Shown here in pieces: positions 46,801 through 54,469 of a DNA stretch of 64,000 bases (position 1 is the stretch's first letter; the number at the start of each line of letters is the position of its first letter). The stretch is from an uncultured virus (IMG/VR IMGVR_UViG_3300042338_000192). Taxonomy: Duplodnaviria > Heunggongvirae > Uroviricota > Caudoviricetes. Where the stretch lies: positions 1 through 64,000 of IMG/VR virus record IMGVR_UViG_3300042338_000192. One strand, 5' to 3'. The position numbers and the translations under genes are program-made. The notes beneath the pieces were generated by a model. The model saw only the letters and a program-made list of their open reading frames with translations, did not search any database and was not told the DNA's origin.

Positions 46801-49130
46801 GGAAAACACCTACTGAATTGGTCTCTACATCAGATACAAAACTAGAGTTTAGTGTAGACGGTTCTACAAACTGGCATCCAATTGGTGTACCATTAGATCA
46901 ATACATGCGAACCACCGTCACAGCAAATGGTGAAGCAACAGTATCAATTGTTAAGATAAGAGGAGAGAATGGTTCTCCAGGTGCAGTAGGGCAAGGCCAA
47001 GTTAATGGGATATGCTTCAACCGAAGTGCAACCCCATTGGTTGATAGACCTGCAGGTGGTACATTTAGCAGTCCAGCTGCTACAGGTTGGTCGGATGGGG
47101 TGCCTGCTGGTACCGATCAATTATATATGGCAACCAGAATCTTCACTAGTGATGGCTTACCTCCGCATTCAGCTGTATGGTCATTTCCTGTTGCAATCTC
47201 AAAAGATGGCACTAGTGGTACTATACGCTTTACTTATAGTTCTGCTACAAATGCTCCAACGCTTCCAGCATCATCTACGCAGACTGCCACAGGGTGGGGG
47301 CCTATTCCTGATACAACGACAATTTGGATGAGCCAGCAAGTGAATACTTTAAGTGCCACAGGAGTTGTATTATCATATGGTACATGGTCTACCCCTTCTA
47401 AAATTAAAGGCGAGAAAGGAGATCAAGGCTTATCTATAAAAGGCGATACAGGCGATTCAGTAGATATTATTTTTAGACGAAGTGCAGCAGCGCCCTCTGT
47501 TGTAGGCGCACCGGCTAATTGGTATTCTAATGTCGATCTAGTGCCTGATAGCACAGAGCCGATGTGGTCATCCGTTGGCTATAAACTATTAGGCGCGAGT
47601 AGTTTTACATGGAATACTCCAATTAAGATTGAAGGATCAAGTATTGCGGAAATTACCATTTATACAAGAGGGGCGCCATCTACTACTCCTTCCGGAGGTT
47701 TATACAGTTTTAGTAGTGGGAATACTCTGGTGACCATGCCAACTTCGACGGGAGCGACATGGAGTTACGCAATACCCGCAGGAACTACCCCAGTTTATAC
47801 CTCAAGGGCGGTTGTATCTGCGCGTGCAGGCTATGTAGGTAATATTGCAGTTACAGGATGGACAACACCTGTAGTCAGTATGAAAGATGGTATCGATGGT
47901 AGTCCTTCTACAGTTCCAGGTCCATCAGGTAAAACTGCAAAAAGGTTATACTACAAACAACTATATACTGGTTATGAGCCTCAAACACCTATGGCGTCTA
48001 CAGATGGCGCATTGCCAGCAATAGCCTACGATTTGTTTTGGAATATTATAACTTGGTCAGAAACACCTTATACTGTAGCTACTGGGGAGAAGCAATGGCA
48101 GACTGATGCGATATATCAGCCAAATGGAGACTACCAAAATACAGTGTGGGGTGTACCTTATCTTAGTTTATTTAAAGTTGGCAGCCTAGAGGCCATAACA
48201 ACATTTACAGGAGAGTTAAAATCTACATCTGGAACGGGAGAACGGTTAACTATTAATGAAGATAGAACTAGTCATGAGTTTAGAACGTATTCAAATACTA
48301 ATAACTTATTATTTTCCGCCGGAGATAGCGTTATTGGCGACTATACAGTTGTATACGCAAATCCAGCAGGGTCTGCTGAACAACCTGTTAGGATAGCTTA
48401 CCAAGCAAAGATAAGGCACCCGAGTGATTTCGTAAATAGAGCGGGTGTAGGTATGGAAACGATGTTTTGGGGTCATAATGGGAAACCGGACGTCAACGGC
48501 AGTACTTTAATACGTATGGGCGAAACAGGTTATTATCTAAATAATGAGTTTTGTAGAGCTTTTAACGTAACTTACAGTTCAGAGGCTGGAAATAATGCTT
48601 TCCAAGTTAGTTTAGGTTCACATGCTTCTTACGGCACCAGTGGAGCGGATACCGCTCAGTACGCAGGATACTTTGCCAGTCAGTTTAATATGTCACCTGG
48701 CTCTACTCGAACTTCAGTTTATATATGCGACCCCTCATATGCGCTCAGAGCCTCTGGGAATGTATATGTAACTGGAAATATAACTGCTACTGCGAATATA
48801 ACGGCATACAATGGTTCAGATAAAAGATTGAAACATAATATTGTATTAATTTCAAATCCCATTGAAAAACTATCTAAAATAAATGGATATACTTTCACCT
48901 GGAATGATGACTATTACGCTAAGCAAAATCAAGACCTATTCAAGCGAAATGATATAGGTGTAATTGCTCAGGAAATAATGGAAGTTATTCCGGAAGCTGT
49001 TCATGAAAAAGATGATGGATTTCTTGGTGTAGATTACCAGAAGATTATACCATTATTAATTGAAGCTATAAAAGAGCAACAATTGCAAATAGAGGAGCTA
49101 CGTAATGACATTACCCGTCTCTCCGAATAG
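43896..49130 (+). CDS. Tail tip/central fibre protein (gpJ-like) with C-terminal peptidase S74 intramolecular chaperone
   Basis: LPLVYGR, YSNNPAWVLLDYL, LEPGDIVTL, collagen-like GEKGDQG, internal GWSDG.P repeats, C-terminal SDKRLKHNI..IGVIAQE..PEAV..VDY. Confidence 0.88.
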   Translation: MITFSDIVKTGLILWAIYEEWTKPEPPEKTTGITPEAKMVTGYLPLVYGRGLVEGTLVYADTTKKFTMTGVTVNSQQTFQAGPSAIPASSLSVVTIDPTDATKTITSSLIVPAQSALKLDTTYPTDAVSDLLYAQYTIARGDINRVVECLVDDKYISSPDLGGSARSKWDSKHSNQSALRIDIHTNGGTDAVMTANQPRRKAAAFTNIAYASCAFKLNAMNPQFTSVPKVKFLIEGRKIRTTLNPGNTAILPTRVYSNNPAWVLLDYLLDCGSLDDSLRITESMLDLNSFRETAAVCDQVIANADMKVMSARSGKFYNPTQLGNTLVAPYNAAPSVTEPLRKYECNIVLDTSKSISENVKSILLSMPEASLVWSGGKYKLLLDNPTGVTITDSDLVLSQEVLKSFPPSSSKYNYCTVTFKNESAEFVEEKVSWPPKITDSAPYRGVGPFRYSRSTRTNWGEENNGANVGPTLLNNYAVWSGESAGFTFVYKIYIPTALADDYRLRIASGDSNHRVRMVNLETSVMIVDGYASNGLYTSSVKALTAGRYSITVECTGAALFGMAGTLSQATSGAQIWNSADETYTDFIAVPSDSGKYNTLLSQDGYILSSNEISASGITDYYHAALLAKYTVEKSRDTYAISFSYIITNKLLEPGDIVTLTSKTITNSVPTRLRILQVEIDINNICKVSAVYAPVLNSDITEFLAPTVSVPVTSTVVPTPSKPVYTPYYDPKSTALGEVKWTTNDSLTVSYDLYYARYETQGVATFVLLASDIKATTYSINQIIPYISTVFAVRGYRADGTYSDLVESDLVLNLNTFNTKMITASVSKIERSEIGVLVPTTITFSTPYASATHQWTIAGVVQTDTSNSITVSTTNASMATSVKVVDATTFSIMSDSLTIPFTQLKTTSFTSTIFKRSILKPDTPTDGSFLLPVPSGWSDGIPEDNGTNLTVWMSSRLFTSDGESPQALVWKTPTELVSTSDTKLEFSVDGSTNWHPIGVPLDQYMRTTVTANGEATVSIVKIRGENGSPGAVGQGQVNGICFNRSATPLVDRPAGGTFSSPAATGWSDGVPAGTDQLYMATRIFTSDGLPPHSAVWSFPVAISKDGTSGTIRFTYSSATNAPTLPASSTQTATGWGPIPDTTTIWMSQQVNTLSATGVVLSYGTWSTPSKIKGEKGDQGLSIKGDTGDSVDIIFRRSAAAPSVVGAPANWYSNVDLVPDSTEPMWSSVGYKLLGASSFTWNTPIKIEGSSIAEITIYTRGAPSTTPSGGLYSFSSGNTLVTMPTSTGATWSYAIPAGTTPVYTSRAVVSARAGYVGNIAVTGWTTPVVSMKDGIDGSPSTVPGPSGKTAKRLYYKQLYTGYEPQTPMASTDGALPAIAYDLFWNIITWSETPYTVATGEKQWQTDAIYQPNGDYQNTVWGVPYLSLFKVGSLEAITTFTGELKSTSGTGERLTINEDRTSHEFRTYSNTNNLLFSAGDSVIGDYTVVYANPAGSAEQPVRIAYQAKIRHPSDFVNRAGVGMETMFWGHNGKPDVNGSTLIRMGETGYYLNNEFCRAFNVTYSSEAGNNAFQVSLGSHASYGTSGADTAQYAGYFASQFNMSPGSTRTSVYICDPSYALRASGNVYVTGNITATANITAYNGSDKRLKHNIVLISNPIEKLSKINGYTFTWNDDYYAKQNQDLFKRNDIGVIAQEIMEVIPEAVHEKDDGFLGVDYQKIIPLLIEAIKEQQLQIEELRNDITRLSE

Positions 49131-50943
49131 TATCTCATTATCACAGGTTAATATAGAGTTAGGTCTTACAAGTAATACAGCTATCAATATGAATGATACA
49201 GCAGTCAGGGCTCTCTTTGGAAGAACTTCAGGGACAATTTCTATGTCTGATGGGTGGGGAAAGAGTAGTGTTGTAAAACTTGGGACACCTACATTTACGG
49301 CGGCTACGGGTGGCGCAGGTACTGTTTCGTTTACATGGAATGCGATTACTAGCGCCACAAGTTATGATGTTACATTCAACGGCACTACCACAAATCAAAC
49401 AAGCACGACATTTGCTAGAACAAGTGGAGTCAATGCCGGTTTATATGCCTTATCTGTAGTGGCTAAAGCAACTGGCTTCACGAGTTCAGATGCCGGTGTA
49501 TCCACCACTGTCAATGTAACCTCACCTAAATTAGCGACCCCGCTATATTCAGTAGTAGCTGGTGGTGTTAACTCGGTATCTTTCGCATGGACTGCAGTCT
49601 CTAATGCTACAAGTTATGATGTGACGTTTAATGGCAATACTACAACTCAAACTGGTCTTACATTTAACATCGCATCGGGCGTTGCCGCAGGGACTTACTC
49701 TTTGAGTGTTGTGGCCAAGGCCGCAAACTACACTAACTCAGATGCTGCTACATCTGGTAATATAATCGTAACAAATGCTAAACTCTCTACACCTTCGTTT
49801 ACGGCGGCCACCGGTTCAGTCAATCAAGTATCATTTACATGGAGTGCAGTTACAAACGCTACAAGTTATGATGTGACGTTTAATAGTGTAACAACTACTC
49901 AGACTAGCACAACATTTACAAGCGTTAATACTTTGACCCCGGGCACATATTATCTTTTTGTTAAAGCGAAAGCAGCCAACTATCCCGATTCAGATGTCGG
50001 TACCAGTTCTGCCGTTGCAACCGCAACGAACGTCCTAGGTACTCTAAATGTATCAGTCAGTGGCATAAATTCAGGTTCTGCCACGGTCTCTTTGACCTAT
50101 ACAGGGACGTATTCTATAGGTACTTACTACATTGATTTATTCCCTTCATTATCTAATACGGGAACACCGCTCGCCAGTTATAGCGGCGCAAGCTCAACAC
50201 ACGTATTTTCTGGCCTAGCTGCTTCCACAAAATATTATGTCGATGTAGCGGCACAATTCAGTACAGGGGGTGGCTTTAACAAAGGAATGAATGAGACCGA
50301 TACTTTCACAACGATCGCGTCAGCCACGCCTCCCTCAGCCACTGTAATCACAGCGGGAACACGTACCGCACGTGCTACTGGGAATGCCTTCCCAACATGG
50401 TATTCATTCACCCCAACCACGAGTGGAAGTTATACATTTGTATTAACATCTGCAGTAGATCCTTTTGTTGAAATTTATGATAGTAGTGGTATGACCATCC
50501 AATTTAGTGATGATGATTCGGCTTACCTTAATAACTCGCAAGCGACCGGCACCTTAGCCGCTAACACCACGTATCTCATAAAGGCAAGGGCATTTAGTCC
50601 GCCCAACAGCGGTGCGCACGCGTTATCGATTTATGGTGGAAGTTGTACAGCTATTACGACCACAGGCACGACTCAAGGCGCTGTTGCCGTAGCCACTTCG
50701 AACGTGACTTACAGATTCACCCCAGCTGTCGGGAAGACGTATCAATTTGCTTTGACCGGTGCAATCGGAGATAACTTTATGCTGATGTATGATTACACGG
50801 GCACTTTGCTAATTCAAGACGACGATTCAGGTGGCGCAGGTTCCGCGCTATTCTCGTACGGTTGCTTAGCTGGTCAAGATTATTATATAAAATGTATGGG
50901 TTACAGCAGTCAAACAGGTGTATTTAATTTAACAATAACATAG
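49105..50943 (+). CDS. Fibre tip adhesin with FN3-like repeats and two PPC-like C-terminal domains
   Basis: N-terminal ISLSQVNIELG..VRALFG..ISMSD.WGKS attachment motif; three 84-aa repeats (FTW.A..ATSYDVTFN); C-terminal YSFTP..D..YD..DDDS domains. Confidence 0.75.
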   Translation: MTLPVSPNSISLSQVNIELGLTSNTAINMNDTAVRALFGRTSGTISMSDGWGKSSVVKLGTPTFTAATGGAGTVSFTWNAITSATSYDVTFNGTTTNQTSTTFARTSGVNAGLYALSVVAKATGFTSSDAGVSTTVNVTSPKLATPLYSVVAGGVNSVSFAWTAVSNATSYDVTFNGNTTTQTGLTFNIASGVAAGTYSLSVVAKAANYTNSDAATSGNIIVTNAKLSTPSFTAATGSVNQVSFTWSAVTNATSYDVTFNSVTTTQTSTTFTSVNTLTPGTYYLFVKAKAANYPDSDVGTSSAVATATNVLGTLNVSVSGINSGSATVSLTYTGTYSIGTYYIDLFPSLSNTGTPLASYSGASSTHVFSGLAASTKYYVDVAAQFSTGGGFNKGMNETDTFTTIASATPPSATVITAGTRTARATGNAFPTWYSFTPTTSGSYTFVLTSAVDPFVEIYDSSGMTIQFSDDDSAYLNNSQATGTLAANTTYLIKARAFSPPNSGAHALSIYGGSCTAITTTGTTQGAVAVATSNVTYRFTPAVGKTYQFALTGAIGDNFMLMYDYTGTLLIQDDDSGGAGSALFSYGCLAGQDYYIKCMGYSSQTGVFNLTIT

Positions 50944-50951
50944 GAAAAATT

Positions 50952-51134
50952 ATGAGTTATATCACATCCAGATTAAGAGAGCCATCTACATGGTTCGGTA
51001 TTATTTCAGCTACATTAGCTATCTTAAGTTCATTTAAAGTGTTAGTATTAACACCTGAAGAAATGGATAGTTTACTCGCGCTGTCGGTTGCCGTTTTGGG
51101 TGGCGGCAGTATCACGTCTAAAGATCCTGAATAA
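50952..51134 (+). CDS. Putative holin
   Basis: 60 aa, RLREPSTW.G start, two hydrophobic helices. Confidence 0.7.
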   Translation: MSYITSRLREPSTWFGIISATLAILSSFKVLVLTPEEMDSLLALSVAVLGGGSITSKDPE

Positions 51135-51149
51135 AAAGGGAAAAAACAC

Positions 51150-51818
51150 ATGGCGAAAAAATCTAGACGTACTGAAGAAAACGTTGTAGAACCCACTACT
51201 GAAAAGGACTTACAGCTTTTAACAGATGCACAGAAAAGATATTTAAATTCCATCAAATCAAATATAATAACATTTGGTGTTGGGGTTGCTGGTACAGGTA
51301 AATCATATGTAGCATTATCATATGCTGCTCAATTACTACAGAACAAACGAATATCAAAGATCATTGTTACAAGGCCTGCGGTAGAAGCCGGTGAATCATT
51401 TGGATACTTACCAGGAGAGCTTGAGGAAAAATATGCTCCCTACATTGATCCAATAAAAGATATATTAAACAAAAGATTAGGTCATTCATTTACAGATTAC
51501 TTATTTAAACGTAAAGTAATTGAAGCAAGACCATTGGCATTTATCAGAGGAAGTACATTTGAAAATACATTCGTATTATTAGATGAAGCTCAAAATTGTA
51601 CTCCTGCTCAAATGAAAATGTTCTTAACTAGAATTGGTGAGAATACTAAAGTAGTTATTGATGGTGATATACAACAGAAAGATATTAAAGGTAATTCAGG
51701 ATTAGCTGATGCTATTACTAGATTACATGGTATTAATAAAGTTGGTATAGTTACTTTTGATGTTGATGATATTGTACGTAGTGGTATCTGTAAAGAAATT
51801 GTGAAAGCCTATTTGTAA
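51150..51818 (+). CDS. phoH: PhoH-like ATPase
   Basis: GVAGTGKS, TRPAVE, GYLPG, RGSTF, LLDEAQN, GDIQQKD, DIVRS. Confidence 0.95.
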   Translation: MAKKSRRTEENVVEPTTEKDLQLLTDAQKRYLNSIKSNIITFGVGVAGTGKSYVALSYAAQLLQNKRISKIIVTRPAVEAGESFGYLPGELEEKYAPYIDPIKDILNKRLGHSFTDYLFKRKVIEARPLAFIRGSTFENTFVLLDEAQNCTPAQMKMFLTRIGENTKVVIDGDIQQKDIKGNSGLADAITRLHGINKVGIVTFDVDDIVRSGICKEIVKAYL

Positions 51819-51826
51819 AATTTGAG

Positions 51827-51855
51827 ATGCCCTGACTACGGTTGGGGCATTTATT
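51827..51855 (+). terminator. Intrinsic terminator ending the late region
   Basis: ATGCCCTGAC-TACG-GTTGGGGCAT-TTATT; cUACGg tetraloop. Confidence 0.7.
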
Positions 51856-51860
51856 CGCAC

Positions 51861-52080
51861 AGGAACGGGGGTAGACGTGGCGACTGAGTGGCCAGCTATA
51901 CGACAGGCATGGGGCAGCCTCAGCGTGGCAGAGACGGGCAGATTTCACACCTCTCAAAGTTGGGCGTGTGTGGGCCGCCTGAGACGGGGGCATCACTGAG
52001 GGGGCAGCGTGCCGTCCGCGTGCCGTGTAGGGCAGTTTCTGGTCGCAGAACTGGCACTCTCAGTGCGGGGCGTGTCGCAG
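51861..52080. other. GC-rich non-coding island (possible genome terminus/packaging or origin region)
   Basis: 143/220 G+C (65%, hand count) against an AT-rich background; lies at the late-to-early junction. Confidence 0.6.
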
Positions 52081-52094
52081 TTTTCAGCACCGAA

Positions 52095-52137
52095 CCCGTT
52101 GAATTAACCCTTCAGACGTCCCCCCTCAATTAACCCT
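52095..52137 (+). promoter_or_regulatory. Motif class A copy plus a degenerate second copy
   Basis: CCCGTTGAATTAACCCT (52095-52111) and CCCCCTCAATTAACCCT (52121-52137). Confidence 0.65.
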
Positions 52138-52171
52138 TTAGTCATTATCCATTAATTGTTAATTCCTAATA

Positions 52172-52195
52172 CGGAAATAATGGTATCTTATATGA
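52172..52195 (+). promoter_or_regulatory. Repeated motif class B (putative early promoter)
   Basis: CGGAAATAATGGTATCTTATATGA; 21/24 identical to 52710-52733; upstream of the first early gene. Confidence 0.65.
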
Positions 52196-52231
52196 TAATC
52201 AATATCGATTATTATAACTAAGGAGTATATC

Positions 52232-52375
52232 ATGAAACACAATAGAGTAACACCTATCCAACAATTAGCGCTAATAAACTCTAAGGGTGTGCCATTCCCT
52301 TTCCGTAAAAAGAAAGAGAAAAACTCAGAAGCCTTTGATACCTTTCTTAAGGCAGCTTTGAAGGAGCAAAAATGA
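52232..52375 (+). CDS. Small early protein, 47 aa (not in ORF track)
   Basis: MKHNRVTPIQQLALINSKG...; strong AAGGAG RBS; ATGA overlap with the next gene. Confidence 0.7.
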   Translation: MKHNRVTPIQQLALINSKGVPFPFRKKKEKNSEAFDTFLKAALKEQK

Positions 52376-52674
52376 AAAGTACAGTAATGTTTGTAATTGA
52401 AAACAATTTAGATATCGATATCCGACACCACGTCCCCTGGGACTATGAAGAAGTCGATGCAGAGGATTACTCTGCAGTGATTAATATCTTAGATGCGGCT
52501 AATACGCGCGTGCGTATTGGCAATGTTGTCCAGTACACGTGGGACAACGTCACGTGGGTAGGTAGAGATGTTGATAGTCTAGCAGCTATGCTAGAGAAGT
52601 TGAATGGAGATGACTTCAAACTATGTGTCTTAACGGAAGGGCATATTTACCAGCAGGGGGTGCTGGTGCTTTAA
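52372..52674 (+). CDS. Hypothetical early protein
   Basis: AAGGAG RBS, 100 aa. Confidence 0.7.
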   Translation: MKSTVMFVIENNLDIDIRHHVPWDYEEVDAEDYSAVINILDAANTRVRIGNVVQYTWDNVTWVGRDVDSLAAMLEKLNGDDFKLCVLTEGHIYQQGVLVL

Positions 52675-52678
52675 CACA

Positions 52679-52704
52679 GGGATGGTCTTCGGACTATCCC
52701 TTTT
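52679..52704 (+). terminator. Intrinsic terminator
   Basis: GGGATGGTC-TTCG-GACTATCCC-TTTT; cUUCGg tetraloop. Confidence 0.8.
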
Positions 52705-52709
52705 AAACG

Positions 52710-52733
52710 CGGAAAAAGAGGTATCTTATATGA
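52710..52733 (+). promoter_or_regulatory. Repeated motif class B (putative early promoter)
   Basis: CGGAAAAAGAGGTATCTTATATGA directly after a terminator and before the next gene. Confidence 0.65.
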
Positions 52734-52782
52734 AGTACAATAAGGTACCTCAACTAACTTAATTAAAATCAAAGGTAATAAA

Positions 52783-52935
52783 ATGAACTCAATTCAACAA
52801 GCAAAAGCAGCAGTCTATTCTGAATTAGAAGCAATGAAAATTGCTCATGATGAAAGTATCAAAGCTCTAGACAACAATGTAGAAGATCAAATGGCCGCAA
52901 TCATGGCTACAATCGCAGCAATGCAATCTAACTAA
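52783..52935 (+). CDS. Small helical early protein, 50 aa (not in ORF track)
   Basis: MNSIQQAKAAVYSELEAMKIAHDESIK...; AAAGGT RBS. Confidence 0.7.
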   Translation: MNSIQQAKAAVYSELEAMKIAHDESIKALDNNVEDQMAAIMATIAAMQSN

Positions 52936-52948
52936 AAGGTAAATCAAA

Positions 52949-53200
52949 ATGAAATTAATTAAAATTGCATGTGTAATAGTAGAATTAAATCTTCTTAATG
53001 ACTCTGAATTAACAGGTCAAGTTTATGAAGGAAAAAGAAATAACTCTGAAGTAACAGCAATATATCCGCCTGATGGAAATCCCTGGGCTATTGTTAGCAC
53101 ACTCGACGTAGGAGAAGCTGGCTATCTTATTTGGATGCATGAAGGCTCAGACCTACGTATATCTGAAAAAGGCATTTATTCATTCAAAATTAATCTTTAA
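52949..53200 (+). CDS. Hypothetical early protein
   Basis: AAAGGT RBS, 83 aa. Confidence 0.65.
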   Translation: MKLIKIACVIVELNLLNDSELTGQVYEGKRNNSEVTAIYPPDGNPWAIVSTLDVGEAGYLIWMHEGSDLRISEKGIYSFKINL

Positions 53201-53229
53201 TAACTTCACATTCCAAGAGGAAGCTTACA

Positions 53230-53511
53230 ATGAGCGAACTAAGCAAAGTTTTAGATGTAGTGGCCCCAGTATCAGCTGGATATCTCGCAGGCTCTTACGT
53301 AGCTGCGCAAGCGCCAATAATAATTGCAGAAGTAGCTTCTGTAGTTGTTACACGAACAGCCTTACAAGTAGGTGCACAAACGATTGTTACACCGTTTGCG
53401 ACAGCTGCTGCAACAGGAACAGCTGTTGTATTAAACCCTATTGTAGCAGGGGTAGTTGTTGGCTTTGCTGTATACACTTTATTTGATGCATTATTTGGAG
53501 AAAAGAAATGA
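53230..53511 (+). CDS. Hydrophobic Ala/Val-rich early membrane protein
   Basis: GAGGA RBS; C-terminal hydrophobic helix PIVAGVVVGFAVYTLF. Confidence 0.65.
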   Translation: MSELSKVLDVVAPVSAGYLAGSYVAAQAPIIIAEVASVVVTRTALQVGAQTIVTPFATAAATGTAVVLNPIVAGVVVGFAVYTLFDALFGEKK

Positions 53512-53783
53512 TACCATTAGTATTACTTGTTGGTTTGGGTGCCTTAGTTTTAAACAAACTAGAAGACTCAAGAACACCTGCTGAGACCGCTATTGAGGCT
53601 CAAGTGGAAATTGTAACATCAACTATAGCTGCTACAGCAGTTGTAATTGGAGCTGTTGCAGTTGTAACAATGCCAGTTGGAATCAACAGCTGGTATATGT
53701 ATCACTATTTGCTTAATATCGGGAGGCTAGTGTTTGACATTATACTCATTGTACCATTCCTTTTAGGAGGGTTGTTACTATGA
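53508..53783 (+). CDS. Early membrane protein
   Basis: GGAG RBS; up to three hydrophobic segments. Confidence 0.65.
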   Translation: MIPLVLLVGLGALVLNKLEDSRTPAETAIEAQVEIVTSTIAATAVVIGAVAVVTMPVGINSWYMYHYLLNIGRLVFDIILIVPFLLGGLLL

Positions 53784-54172
53784 ACCCTCTTTGGATTGTG
53801 GCAATTGCAGTTGGGATCTTCTTTACTAAAGACTGTCAAGACTTCATAAAAGAAGCTGATGAGGATTTTAAGAAGAAGAAAAAACTTGAAGCTATAAAAG
53901 CTAAACGTGAATTAAGACGTTTAGCAAAGGAGGCTAAGTGGAATGGTTATATTGTTCTAGAAGGTCACTATCCAGTGGACAAAAAAGATAAACCACCGGA
54001 ATATACTTTCAGTGCTAAAAAGTTAGATGTTGAAGATATCTATCTTTTAAAGGAATTTGTAAAAGATGGAATAAGTGTTTATCCAGTTGTAAATTTAAAA
54101 GGGTCCCTCAACCCGATCTATATAGGCAAAAAGGATTACGAACTACTTAAAGAGCTTCGAACACTGCCATAG
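53780..54172 (+). CDS. Membrane-anchored early protein
   Basis: AGGAGG RBS; N-terminal hydrophobic helix followed by a basic region. Confidence 0.65.
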   Translation: MNPLWIVAIAVGIFFTKDCQDFIKEADEDFKKKKKLEAIKAKRELRRLAKEAKWNGYIVLEGHYPVDKKDKPPEYTFSAKKLDVEDIYLLKEFVKDGISVYPVVNLKGSLNPIYIGKKDYELLKELRTLP

Positions 54173-54209
54173 AAAGTCAGAGTCTGTTGACTCTGTAAGT
54201 AAGAATATC

Positions 54210-54290
54210 CCCTCCCACATCCCTAATACATTCCCTTAATTGGGGGTGTATTAGGGATGTGGGAGGGTTAACCCTTATTTTTTTCTTTCT
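54210..54290 (+). terminator. Long hairpin followed by T tract (terminator, processing site or origin)
   Basis: 21-bp perfect inverted repeat CCCTCCCACATCCCTAATACA/TGTATTAGGGATGTGGGAGGG, extended by 5 pairs around a TTAATT loop. Confidence 0.6.
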
Positions 54291-54469
54291 ATGACTAATA
54301 CATTAAATTATGCGGCAACAGTATGGTTAGCTTCCGTATTATTCGGATTGACTACACCTGTAGTAATTATGGCAACAGTAGTACATTTAGTAAATAGTGG
54401 TGACAATGCCGATATTTAATTTATTACTACTATGTGCGTTCTCCAGTATTTTAAACAGCAAAGGATCAG

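Noticed and set aside
51888..52133. 81-aa ORFs on both strands of the GC-rich island
   Set aside because: No RBS, atypical composition, and overlap with the promoter motifs; open frames are expected at 65% GC.
49105..52140. Diversity-generating retroelement targeting the adhesin
   Set aside because: No reverse transcriptase and no adenine-specific TR/VR pair were seen in the window.
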